Positions 46,711 to 55,151 of a DNA stretch of 64,000 nt are shown piece after piece. This stretch comes from Enterobacterales bacterium (GTDB lineage Bacteria; Pseudomonadota; Gammaproteobacteria; Enterobacterales; GCA-2746155): contig JBLHLI010000001.1 of NCBI GenBank assembly GCA_047618765.1, positions 8,449-72,448 on the forward strand, read 5' to 3'. Under the pieces are notes generated by a model. It worked only from the letters and a program-made list of their open reading frames with translations. It made no database searches and had not been told where the DNA came from. The translations under genes and the position numbers were made by a program. Every line of letters begins with the position of its first letter. Position 1 is the stretch's first letter.

Positions 46711-47695
46711 GCCTTTAAATATTGCTGTTTGGGGCTTGGGAAAGCATGCCTTAAACCGGATCTTGCCAGCTATTAAAGGCTGCCAACACTTGAGCTTATA
46801 TGGTGTTTATACCAGAGATCAGTCAGTGTTAAGTCGGGTTGGAGAGCATTACCAATGTAAAGCCTTTAGCTCCGAAGCAGAGCTGTTAAACGATAGTCAC
46901 CTAGACGTTATTTATCTGTCAACACCGATTGGTTTACATTACTCCCAAGGTAAATCAGTCTTAACAGCAAATAAGCATCTTTGGTGTGAAAAGCCGCTGG
47001 CTACTCATTATAGGCATGCATGTGAACTGATTGAACTAGCCAGAGAGAAAGCCTTGAGCGTGTTTGAAGGCTTCATGTATTTATACCATCCCCAATTTCT
47101 ACATTTAAATGATTATATTGAGAATAATCATGCCCAGTTAGATCTGATAGAAAGCCGTTTTACAATTCCTATGCTAGAAAAGCCAGGGTTCCGTCACAAC
47201 CCTGATTTGGGCGGCTCCGCTTTATATGATATTGGTTGTTACCCATTATCGTTAGTGCAGGCATTAATGGGCAAACAAAATAGTGACATTAAATATTGCC
47301 GCATTAAAAGAGACGCTCAGCTTGGTGTCGACGTGCGTGGAAAAGTACTACTTGAATATGAGAGTGGTGTACAGGCAAGCTTGGATTGGGGTATGGGGCT
47401 GGGGTATACTAACTCTGTTAGTGTTTTGGGCGCGGAAGGCCGAGTGTTCGCGGATAAGATATTCTCCAAGCCTGATGAATATGAGGCGAGTGTTGTCAGT
47501 TATGATCAATATGGTAATCAAATTGAACAAAAGTCTTCATCTTGCAACCAATTTACCGCAATGTTTGATGCATTTGCAGAAAAAGTGACAAATCTATTAT
47601 CAATTGAAGATGAATATAATAGAATGCTCGGCCGTACAAAATTATTAGAAAATATCAATAAATATGCGAATTCTCGATTCGTGACAAAATTTTGA
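46700..47695 (+). CDS. Gfo/Idh/MocA-family sugar-nucleotide oxidoreductase
   Basis: NIAVWGLGKHALNRILPAI Rossmann start and CEKPLA motif. Confidence 0.7.
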   Translation: MMTEPLNIAVWGLGKHALNRILPAIKGCQHLSLYGVYTRDQSVLSRVGEHYQCKAFSSEAELLNDSHLDVIYLSTPIGLHYSQGKSVLTANKHLWCEKPLATHYRHACELIELAREKALSVFEGFMYLYHPQFLHLNDYIENNHAQLDLIESRFTIPMLEKPGFRHNPDLGGSALYDIGCYPLSLVQALMGKQNSDIKYCRIKRDAQLGVDVRGKVLLEYESGVQASLDWGMGLGYTNSVSVLGAEGRVFADKIFSKPDEYEASVVSYDQYGNQIEQKSSSCNQFTAMFDAFAEKVTNLLSIEDEYNRMLGRTKLLENINKYANSRFVTKF

Positions 47696-47705
47696 CAATT
47701 AAATT

Positions 47706-48161
47706 GTGAGTAAAAATATGCAAAGCTGGAAAAATGTAAAGTTAGATGATGAGTCTATGTGGCCTAAAGAAGGTATCGTTAAACTCGAGGAGCCACATAC
47801 GGATGCTAGAGGATCTATTCAATCATTGGTTAATTTTCCAATGAAGAATCTGTCTTTGATCTCTTCTAAAAAAGGATGTGTTCGCTCAAACCACTACCAT
47901 CAAACAGATTGGCATTATATGTATGTCTTATCAGGTAGCTTTGATTATTTCTTCAGACCGACAGGCTCTGATGAAGAACCTCAAAAAGTGACAGTAAAAG
48001 CAGGTGAGATGGTATTTACTCCTCCTATGGAAGATCATGCGACTGTTTTTCTAGAAGATTGTGATTTATTGGCAATGAGCCGTAATCCACGAGACCAAGA
48101 AGCTTATGAGTCTGATGTTAAACGAGTTATTTTGGTTGCTCCAGAAGATGTTTCGTTATGA
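47706..48161 (+). CDS. Cupin-fold sugar-nucleotide epimerase/ketoisomerase-like protein
   Basis: DARGSIQSL and NHYHQTDWHYMYVLSG are cupin motifs. GTG at 47706 or ATG at 47718. Confidence 0.55.
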   Translation: MSKNMQSWKNVKLDDESMWPKEGIVKLEEPHTDARGSIQSLVNFPMKNLSLISSKKGCVRSNHYHQTDWHYMYVLSGSFDYFFRPTGSDEEPQKVTVKAGEMVFTPPMEDHATVFLEDCDLLAMSRNPRDQEAYESDVKRVILVAPEDVSL

Positions 48162-49411
48162 GTGAAAAAGATTATTACCTAAGGCAAACATGTCGTATGT
48201 GTTTGTCTCAGGATCTGAAAAAAGTGATGGCGTTGACGCCTACACCTCCAGGAAATAATTTCGTTACTAAGGAATGTCTTGAGCTAGAACAGCCATGCTA
48301 CCCGCTTGAGTTGCATTTTTGTGAGCACTGTAGTCATGTGCAATTAGGGCATGTTGTTGATCCAGAAATTTTGTATCAAAATGATTACTCTTATGTGTCT
48401 TCAACATCCAGTCATTTTGTCAATCACCTTCGTGATTATGCTGATCATATGATCAGCAAATATTCTTTGCAAAAGAATGAATTTGTCATTGATATTGGTT
48501 CTAACGATGGTACTTGTTTAAGCTTTTTTCAGAAGCAAGGAATGCAAGTGTTAGGTGTGGATCCAGCGACCAACATTGCTGAGATTGCTAATGAAAATGG
48601 TGTTGAGACAATAGCTGATTTTTTCTGTCTACAGACAGCGGAGAATATCAAAACGACACATGGCAAAGCAAAACTGATTACTTCACATAATGCTTGTGCA
48701 CACATTGATGATTTGAGTGGTGTAATACAAGGCGTAAAAAATTTACTTGATGACGATGGTATTTTTTGTCTCGAAGTTGGGTATTTGTATGATGTTTATG
48801 GTAATAACTGGTTTGACACTATTTATCATGAACATGTAGACTTTCATCTAGTTAAGCCCTTTAGCTATTTGTTTTCACGCTTTGATATGGAAGTCATTTC
48901 AGTAGAGCGCATCAGCCCACAGGGTGGCTCTATCAGAGTTGTTGCTCAACATAAAGGTGGGCCTTATGAAAAAGATACTAGTGAAAAAGAGTTAATGCAG
49001 CTTGAGCAAGATGTTGGCTTATATACTGCTAGCACTTATATGAATTTTGCAGAAAAAATCAATCGGGTTAAACAAGACTTACGTGAGTTGATTAACAAAT
49101 TAAAAGCTGAAGGAAAGACTATAGCAGCATTTGGGGCTCCGACTAAAGCCACTACTTTAATGGCTCATTTCGAACTTAGCCAGAATGATATTGATTATAT
49201 TGTCGATGAAAACCCTTTAAAACAAGGTTTATATTCGCCGGGGCTTCATATTCCTGTTTTTTCTGCGAATAAAATTTATACCGACAAACCTGATTATGTT
49301 TTGATATTGGCGTGGAACTTTGCTGAGCCTATCATGAAAAACCATGCGGAATATCTACTGCAGGGTGGAAACTTTATTGTGCCTATGCCGCAGCCTAAGA
49401 TAGTTAATTAG
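48158..49411 (+). CDS. NDP-hexose C-methyltransferase (TylCIII-like; Zn-ribbon + SAM MTase + C-MT C-terminal domain)
   Basis: CRMCLSQDL...CEHCSHVQL, VIDIGSNDGTCL, and C-terminal DYVLILAWNFAEPIMK. Confidence 0.7.
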   Translation: MSEKDYYLRQTCRMCLSQDLKKVMALTPTPPGNNFVTKECLELEQPCYPLELHFCEHCSHVQLGHVVDPEILYQNDYSYVSSTSSHFVNHLRDYADHMISKYSLQKNEFVIDIGSNDGTCLSFFQKQGMQVLGVDPATNIAEIANENGVETIADFFCLQTAENIKTTHGKAKLITSHNACAHIDDLSGVIQGVKNLLDDDGIFCLEVGYLYDVYGNNWFDTIYHEHVDFHLVKPFSYLFSRFDMEVISVERISPQGGSIRVVAQHKGGPYEKDTSEKELMQLEQDVGLYTASTYMNFAEKINRVKQDLRELINKLKAEGKTIAAFGAPTKATTLMAHFELSQNDIDYIVDENPLKQGLYSPGLHIPVFSANKIYTDKPDYVLILAWNFAEPIMKNHAEYLLQGGNFIVPMPQPKIVN

Positions 49412-49439
49412 CGTTTATTTTTCACATTAAATTTATTAG

Positions 49440-50117
49440 TTGTATATTATGACAAAGAAAATATTGGTTATAGCTCCTCACCCTGATGATGAAACTTTGG
49501 GTGTTGGCGGTACAATTGCAAAGCATATTGAGAAAGGGGATAAAGTCACCATTCTTACCGTGTCTGGTCATTTACCGCCGCTTTATAACGAAGAAGCATT
49601 TCAGGAAACTCTTGACGAAGCGAATAAAGCGTATGCAATTCTAGGTGTGACAGAATCAATATTCCTAAAAATACCTGCAACGTGTATCGGTGAGAAGCCT
49701 GTTAGAGAATTTAATAAAAAAATTAACGATGTTGTCGCTCAGGTTGAACCCGATACTGTATTTGTTCCTTATCCAGACAGGCATATTGACCACCGTTTAG
49801 TTTTTGATGCTGCTCTGGTTGCTACTCGACCCGTTTATCATGGTGCGAATATCGAAATCGTTGCGGCGTATGAAACGCTATCAGAAACGCATTGGAATGC
49901 TCCGCATATAGAGCCAAATTTCACGCCTAATTGGGTTGTTGATATTACCCAGCAAATAGATAAAAAGGAGTCAGCGCTTCGTTGTTACTCCAGTCAAATT
50001 CCAGCATTTCCAGGCGCACGTTCTATTGAAGCAATGAGAGCTTTAGCAGTGTTCAGGGGGACACAGGTTGGTTTTGCTTATGGTGAAGGTTTCCATATTA
50101 TTCGAAAATTGAATTGA
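49440..50117 (+). CDS. PIG-L/LmbE-family N-deacetylase
   Basis: VIAPHPDDETLGVGGTIAKH and RHIDHR. TTG at 49440; the ATG at 49449 is more likely. Confidence 0.8.
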   Translation: MYIMTKKILVIAPHPDDETLGVGGTIAKHIEKGDKVTILTVSGHLPPLYNEEAFQETLDEANKAYAILGVTESIFLKIPATCIGEKPVREFNKKINDVVAQVEPDTVFVPYPDRHIDHRLVFDAALVATRPVYHGANIEIVAAYETLSETHWNAPHIEPNFTPNWVVDITQQIDKKESALRCYSSQIPAFPGARSIEAMRALAVFRGTQVGFAYGEGFHIIRKLN

Positions 50118-50202
50118 TAATGATCTTCCCCACTAAATTAGTACTGATGCTTTATGATGTTTAAGCTACCTAACAAGACTAGAGTATGTAGAATGACATA
50201 TA

Positions 50203-52158
50203 TTGGTTAATTTTGAGATCCTTATGGAAAAAAGTCGCTTTATTTACCAGCTTGCAACAATGAGACGCTCTCATAAACGCTTTATTATGTTGTTGAGCGA
50301 TATTATTGCTTTACCTATTGCTTTATGGTCGTCTTATGCACTACGTTTATCTGAGTGGTGGCCTGAGCCCTATCTCCTTGCTTCTTGGTGGTTGTTTGCT
50401 GTAACTCCAATTATTGGTGTTTATGTTTTCGCTCGCCTTGGCCTATATCGTGCGGTAGTACGTTTTATGGGCACTCAGGCTATCTGGGCGGTTGTCAAAG
50501 GAGTTTCTCTGTTAGCACTCTTTTTGTGGGCGGTAGCCTTTGTTTTTCAAATTCAAGCTTTTCCTCGTTCTATTCCTATTAACTTTGCCTTAGTGGCATT
50601 GGTTTACGTTGGAGGTAGTAGACTGTTAGTTCGCCATTATTATCATTGGTTTGTACGGCATCGTTTAGAAAAAGATGCAGTGCTGATTTATGGCGCGGGT
50701 GGTGCGGGTATTCAGTTGGCTACGGCTTTGTCTGATGGACGTGAATATTACCCTGTAGGCTTTATAGATGATGACTCTTCATTATGGAAGTCTACTATTA
50801 AGGGGTTGCCTGTTTACGGAATTGATTCCTTAGAAAAGGTCATCGAGAAAAAAAATGTAAGGCATATATTATTAGCAGTGCCAAATATTACGAATAAAGA
50901 ACGTAAGAAAATTTTAGAGTGCTTGAGTCGTTACAGTGTTCATATCCAAACTATACCGTCCATGCCGGACCTTTTATTAGGTAAAGCTTTGGTTGAACAG
51001 TTACAGGAAGTTGAAATTGAAGATTTACTAGGGCGTGATTCTGTTCCCCCCATGCCGGAGTTGATGGCCAAATGCATTACTAATAAGAGCGTAATGATAA
51101 CGGGAGCAGGCGGCTCTATTGGCTCTGAATTATGTCGACAAGTGTTAGCTAAAAAGCCAAAAATACTATTGCTGTTTGAGCAAAGCGAGTTTAACTTATA
51201 TCAAATAGAACAAGAGCTTCAATTTAAAAAAAGTGAATTTCAGTGTGATACGGTGATTGTTGCACTTTTAGGTTCGGTTGTTGATAGAGCGCGTGTTCAT
51301 AATACCTTGTCACATTTTATCGTAGATACCATTTATCATGCCGCCGCTTATAAGCATGTACCATTAGTCGAGCGTAATATTATTGAGGGAGTAACCAATA
51401 ATATCTTCGGTACTCAAGTGGTTGCCGAAGAGGCGGCGCGAGCCCATGTTAGCTACTTTATTTTGATTTCGACCGATAAAGCTGTGCGTCCAACCAATGT
51501 TATGGGGGCAACCAAGCGCTTTTCTGAGCTTATTTTACAATCCTTGTCTATGGATAGTCCAACGGTCTTCTCCATGGTTCGCTTTGGTAATGTACTAGGA
51601 TCTTCAGGTTCTGTAGTACCTTTATTTCGTAATCAAATTAAAGCTGGGGGGCCGATTACCGTAACTCATAAAGAGATCAATCGCTTTTTTATGACCATTT
51701 CTGAAGCGGCTTCCCTAGTAATTCAAGCAGGTTCAATGGCTAAAGGAGGGGATGTGTTTGTGCTCGATATGGGTGAGTCAGTAAAAATTGTTGATTTGGC
51801 AAAACGTATGGTGCAGTTATCAGGCTTGGAGCTTAAAACAGAAGAGAATCCTGAGGGTGATATTGAAATTAAATATACAGGTTTGCGTCCAGCTGAAAAA
51901 TTATACGAAGAGCTTTTAGTGGGAGATAATGTCATTGGTACTGATCACCCTAAAATAATGCGGGCTAATGAGGAGTTTTTTCACGCAGACGTGATCAAAA
52001 GGTTTTTACTGAAAATAAAAACAGCATGTGAGGCAGGTGATTGCTCGGAATTAACGTTGATTCTCAAAGAGGCTGTAGTTGGCTACAGGCCTCATGATTT
52101 AATAGTTGATCCATTGTCGCTTGCTGTGGTGAAGTCTAATGTAGTTAAGCTTGTCTAG
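50203..52158 (+). CDS. WbpM/PglF/CapD-type membrane-anchored UDP-HexNAc 4,6-dehydratase
   Basis: Four N-terminal TM segments. IYGAGGAGIQLA, ITGAGGSIGSEL, HAAAYKHVPL, STDKAVRPTNVMGATKR. TTG at 50203 or ATG at 50224. Confidence 0.85.
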   Translation: MVNFEILMEKSRFIYQLATMRRSHKRFIMLLSDIIALPIALWSSYALRLSEWWPEPYLLASWWLFAVTPIIGVYVFARLGLYRAVVRFMGTQAIWAVVKGVSLLALFLWAVAFVFQIQAFPRSIPINFALVALVYVGGSRLLVRHYYHWFVRHRLEKDAVLIYGAGGAGIQLATALSDGREYYPVGFIDDDSSLWKSTIKGLPVYGIDSLEKVIEKKNVRHILLAVPNITNKERKKILECLSRYSVHIQTIPSMPDLLLGKALVEQLQEVEIEDLLGRDSVPPMPELMAKCITNKSVMITGAGGSIGSELCRQVLAKKPKILLLFEQSEFNLYQIEQELQFKKSEFQCDTVIVALLGSVVDRARVHNTLSHFIVDTIYHAAAYKHVPLVERNIIEGVTNNIFGTQVVAEEAARAHVSYFILISTDKAVRPTNVMGATKRFSELILQSLSMDSPTVFSMVRFGNVLGSSGSVVPLFRNQIKAGGPITVTHKEINRFFMTISEAASLVIQAGSMAKGGDVFVLDMGESVKIVDLAKRMVQLSGLELKTEENPEGDIEIKYTGLRPAEKLYEELLVGDNVIGTDHPKIMRANEEFFHADVIKRFLLKIKTACEAGDCSELTLILKEAVVGYRPHDLIVDPLSLAVVKSNVVKLV

Positions 52159-52563
52159 CTCTTATCATCATTCTAGCAGTAGCGATAAGTAAACCAAGAA
52201 TCGTTCCAAATAAAATACTGACTGTAATAATTTTTTCGTTGATGGCTGTGTCGTTGGCACAGTTGCCTCCGCTGATGACTGCTCAGGAACTAAGGCGAGA
52301 ATATATTGAAGTGCTATAGGCTTATCAATTTGCAGTGGCTTCACTAACCTCTATGCGTGATGTTTGGCCTCAATCAGAAAAGTTAGCAAACGTTGACATT
52401 TTTTGTGTAGGCGCTTATCAGAAGACGAGTACGTTGGTCATGGCTATAGAAACAAGACAGAAAAAACGGGAATAAGTAGGGTCGAATACGAATGGCGCTT
52501 TGTTCGGCATGAGGTTAAACGGATCTGAGGGGTTGAGTCCTTGATTGAGTAAAAACGAGATGT

Positions 52564-52602
52564 ATAAAACCCCCTACAAGAAAACTTGTAGGGGGTTTTA
52601 TA
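52564..52602. terminator. Bidirectional rho-independent terminator
   Basis: 11-bp stem ccccctacaag / cttgtaggggg with an aaaa loop. Flanked by ataaaa on one side and ttttat on the other, so a U-run follows the stem on either strand. Lies 8 nt beyond the tRNA-Asp 3' end. Confidence 0.75.
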
Positions 52603-52609
52603 CAAAATA

Positions 52610-52686
52610 TGGCGGACCGGACGGGACTCGAACCCGCGACCTCCGGCGTGACAGGCCGGCATTCTAACCAGCTGAACTACCGGTCC
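52610..52686 (-). tRNA. tRNA-Asp (anticodon GTC)
   Basis: The reverse complement reads GGACCGGTAGTTCAGCTGGTTAGAATGCCGGCCTGTCACGCCGGAGGTCGCGGGTTCGAGTCCCGTCCGGTCCGCCA. Cloverleaf with CTGTCAC anticodon loop, GGTTCGAGTCC T-arm and encoded CCA. Confidence 0.95.
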
Positions 52687-52737
52687 GTAAAATATATATT
52701 GTCTTAGCTATAAGGTTGAGCTAAGACGTCTTAAGAG

Positions 52738-52813
52738 TGGTGGGTGGTACAGGGATCGAACCTGTGACCTACGCCTTGTAAGGGCGCCGCTCTCCCAGCT
52801 GAGCTAACCACCC
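52738..52813 (-). tRNA. tRNA-Val (anticodon TAC)
   Basis: The reverse complement reads GGGTGGTTAGCTCAGCTGGGAGAGCGGCGCCCTTACAAGGCGTAGGTCACAGGTTCGATCCCTGTACCACCCACCA. CTTACAA anticodon loop, GGTTCGATCC T-arm and encoded CCA. Confidence 0.95.
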
Positions 52814-52835
52814 ATGTTTACTCTTGAGGGCGCGT

Positions 52836-52863
52836 ATCATAATGTGATTTCAAATAAGGTCAA
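52836..52863 (-). promoter_or_regulatory. Probable sigma70 promoter of the tRNA-Val/tRNA-Asp operon
   Basis: On the minus strand: TTGACC, 16 nt, TATGAT, then a GC-rich discriminator (acgcgccc). Ends about 22 nt upstream of the tRNA-Val 5' end. Confidence 0.5.
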
Positions 52864-52962
52864 TACCTTTTCGATAAATTCTTGTTTTAGAAGGGTATTT
52901 TATGTGTGATCCCGCTATAATAGTGTTTTTTCGCCCAATCTTCTTTCTTAAGGTCAAGATTA

Positions 52963-53565
52963 ATGCCTGCGTGTATTCGATATCTATTGGTTTCTTGTGG
53001 TTTACTAGTTTTTGCGGCTAGCGCAGTAGCGCTTGTTGACATATATGAGTTTGACAGCACTTCGCAACGTCATCGTTATCAAGCGTTAAGCCAAGAGTTG
53101 CGTTGCCCAAAATGCCAGAATCAAAATTTAGCGGGATCTGATTCGCAAATTGCCGGTGATTTACGTCGTGAGCTGTATCGATTGCTGACCGAAGGTAAAA
53201 CTGATGCTGAAATTAAAACTTTTATGGTTGATCGCTACGGTGAGTTTGTTTTGTATAAACCGCGCCTACAAAAAGCCACCATAGTCTTATGGATCTTACC
53301 GATCATATTATTGATAATTGGTGTTTTTGTACTTCGTTTTTTGGTTAATCGTCATAAGGCGAAAGCCGTTGCGGGCACGAATAGTAAAACCGATAAAATG
53401 TCTGCAGAAGGGCTATTGGAATCACTTTCGCCGCAAGAGCAGTCAGTGCTCGATCATTTGCTTGCGCCTACGGCCAGCACGCCAAGTAATGAATTTACTG
53501 GCAGTGCAGCTAAGAGTTCAGCTAAGAGTTCAGCTAAGAGTTCAGCCAAGGATGAATCTTCATGA
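52963..53565 (+). CDS. ccmH: Cytochrome c-type biogenesis protein CcmH (thiol-disulfide, CXXC)
   Basis: Signal/TM start. LRCPKCQNQNLAGSDSQIAGDLRRELY...FMVDRYGEFVLYKP closely parallels the E. coli CcmH N-domain. Followed by a TM segment. Confidence 0.9.
   Translation: MPACIRYLLVSCGLLVFAASAVALVDIYEFDSTSQRHRYQALSQELRCPKCQNQNLAGSDSQIAGDLRRELYRLLTEGKTDAEIKTFMVDRYGEFVLYKPRLQKATIVLWILPIILLIIGVFVLRFLVNRHKAKAVAGTNSKTDKMSAEGLLESLSPQEQSVLDHLLAPTASTPSNEFTGSAAKSSAKSSAKSSAKDESS
53509..53550 (+). repeat. In-frame 12-bp tandem repeat (gctaagagttca x3 plus partial) encoding (AKSS)n at the CcmH C-terminus
   Basis: 53509-53520, 53521-53532 and 53533-53544 are identical, followed by gccaag. Translates as SAKSSAKSSAKSSAK. 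Confidence 0.9.
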
Positions 53566-54905
53566 CCCTATTTTATGTCGGTGTTAGTGTATTGTTGTTA
53601 TTAGCGCTGCTCTTTATTTTATGGGAATTTGTTTCGTGGGAATTCATCTTTCCAGGATATTGTGCTCGCCGCCGTTATTCTTCTGCCGATTTAAGGGAGT
53701 CAACAAATGTTGCTCTTTACCGTGATCATTTGGCAGAGATTGAGCAGTCTTTCGTTTCGGGTAATATTAACCAAGCCCAATATGATCAGCTAATCATAGA
53801 GCTAGAACGTAATTTGGTAGAGGATAGCCAGTTATCCGTTACAGACGCTGTTGGGCAGGAAAAAAATAATGGGAAAAATGGCTATTTTTTAGCGGCGATA
53901 GTTGTAGTTCTAGTGGTCAGTGCTGGTGGGATATATAGTCAGTTGGGTGCCTATGAAGCATGGCAGGTGAAAACGGCATTGGATAAACGTGGTGACTTAG
54001 AACAGCAATATCTGCTATCTGCTGATCCCGCGTTACAGTCACAAATTGTTGAGTCTAACCGTGAGCTAGTGGTGCAGTTAAGGCTTCATGTAGCGAAGTC
54101 ACCAGAGGATTTGCAAATGCGCGCTTTACTGGCGCGAACTGCGCTGGGTTTGGGCGATTATGGTTTGGCGATTGAGCATTTTCAGGGGATATTGTCGCAA
54201 GAGCCAGAATTAAGCCAAATAATGGCGGAGTTGGCACAGGCGGTATTCTTAAAAGCCAATAATAGAGTAGTGCCTATTGTGCAATCCCTGGTTGATCAAA
54301 CGCTAAAGTTGGAACCCAATAATACCATCGCCCTCGGTTTGGCTGGCATTGGTGCCTTTCAGTCAGAGAAGTTTCAGCAGGCGATTAATTTTTGGCAGCA
54401 AGCGATCGTAATACAGGGTGCTACTTCACCTAACTCGATTGCCTTGCAGAGTGGGATTACGGCAGCTCAGCAACGTTTAGGTGTTGAGGATACAACAGTA
54501 GTTGCAGCGGATGTTCAGCCTGCTACTCAACAACAAGCGAAAGCCGATGGTGGTTCTGAACCCAGCATAACGGTATCAGTATCGCTGGCGAATGATGTTA
54601 AGCTGGCGCCAGAGGCTACGGTGTTTATTTATGCTCGGGCATGGCAGGGGGCAAAAATACCCTTATCCATTGCTCGTGTCGAGGCAAGCCAGTTACCCGT
54701 GACACTGACATTAACGAATACAATGTCTATGGCTCCCAGTGTGAATTTGAGTAGTGCTAGCCAACTAGAATTGGTCGCGCGAGTCTCTGATAGCGGTACC
54801 CCCGTGCCTCAGTCGGGAGATTGGCAGGTAACCTTAGGGCCGGTTGAAACCCGTGTAATTAATACTCAGCCTTACTCTTTGCTTATTGCTGAGCAAGTCC
54901 CTTGA
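53562..54905 (+). CDS. ccmI: Cytochrome c-type biogenesis protein CcmI (TPR-containing)
   Basis: Two N-terminal TM segments, NVALYRDHLAEIE start, TPR-like repeats (LARTALGLGDYGLAIEHFQGIL). 4-nt overlap with ccmH. Confidence 0.8.
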   Translation: MTLFYVGVSVLLLLALLFILWEFVSWEFIFPGYCARRRYSSADLRESTNVALYRDHLAEIEQSFVSGNINQAQYDQLIIELERNLVEDSQLSVTDAVGQEKNNGKNGYFLAAIVVVLVVSAGGIYSQLGAYEAWQVKTALDKRGDLEQQYLLSADPALQSQIVESNRELVVQLRLHVAKSPEDLQMRALLARTALGLGDYGLAIEHFQGILSQEPELSQIMAELAQAVFLKANNRVVPIVQSLVDQTLKLEPNNTIALGLAGIGAFQSEKFQQAINFWQQAIVIQGATSPNSIALQSGITAAQQRLGVEDTTVVAADVQPATQQQAKADGGSEPSITVSVSLANDVKLAPEATVFIYARAWQGAKIPLSIARVEASQLPVTLTLTNTMSMAPSVNLSSASQLELVARVSDSGTPVPQSGDWQVTLGPVETRVINTQPYSLLIAEQVP

Positions 54906-55151
54906 TGCCTCTTTGGCCCACACACTGGTACATTCCACCTAAAAGTCTCATGGCAGCCTAAAATAGTGAACTAGTTTCATTAATTGGTGGTTAACAAGTG
55001 TAACAATGGCGCTATCAGTGTAAAATTATCCTTTATTGAGTGGCTTATCCCCTAGGCTCCTTACGATAGTGTCTTAGTAATAATTGCTGTTATTTTTTAG
55101 GTAAAAAATAAAGAAAAAACAGTAACCTATGGATGGTAGTTAAATTAAATT

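Noticed and set aside
47283-47588. Same-strand nested ORFs (47283-47588, 29165-29389, 50385-50582) as possible overlapping genes.
   Set aside because: They are out of frame within well-supported enzyme genes and have no motifs or translation signals.
52168-52347. ~58-codon minus-strand ORF (GTG/TTG start only) in the ORF-free stretch after the wbpM-like gene, ending ...KKLLQSVFYLERFLVYLSLLLE.
   Set aside because: It has no ATG and no convincing RBS. It is short and its charged residues interrupt the hydrophobic tail. It could be a gene remnant, but I cannot support it.
52444-52662. 72-aa minus-strand ORF (MPACHAGGRGFESRPVRH...).
   Set aside because: Its 5' part is simply the translation of the tRNA-Asp gene and terminator, so it is an artefact of ORF calling.
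52701-52729. Hairpin gtcttagct-ataaggttg-agctaagac in the spacer between tRNA-Val and tRNA-Asp.
   Set aside because: It is most simply a processing or spacer structure within the tRNA co-transcript. It is too short to call an independent RNA gene.
53318-53587. Alternative-frame ORF overlapping the ccmH 3' end, with a QLRVQLRVQLRV repeat.
   Set aside because: The repeat is just the out-of-frame reading of the 12-bp tandem repeat. The ccmH frame has the conserved motifs.
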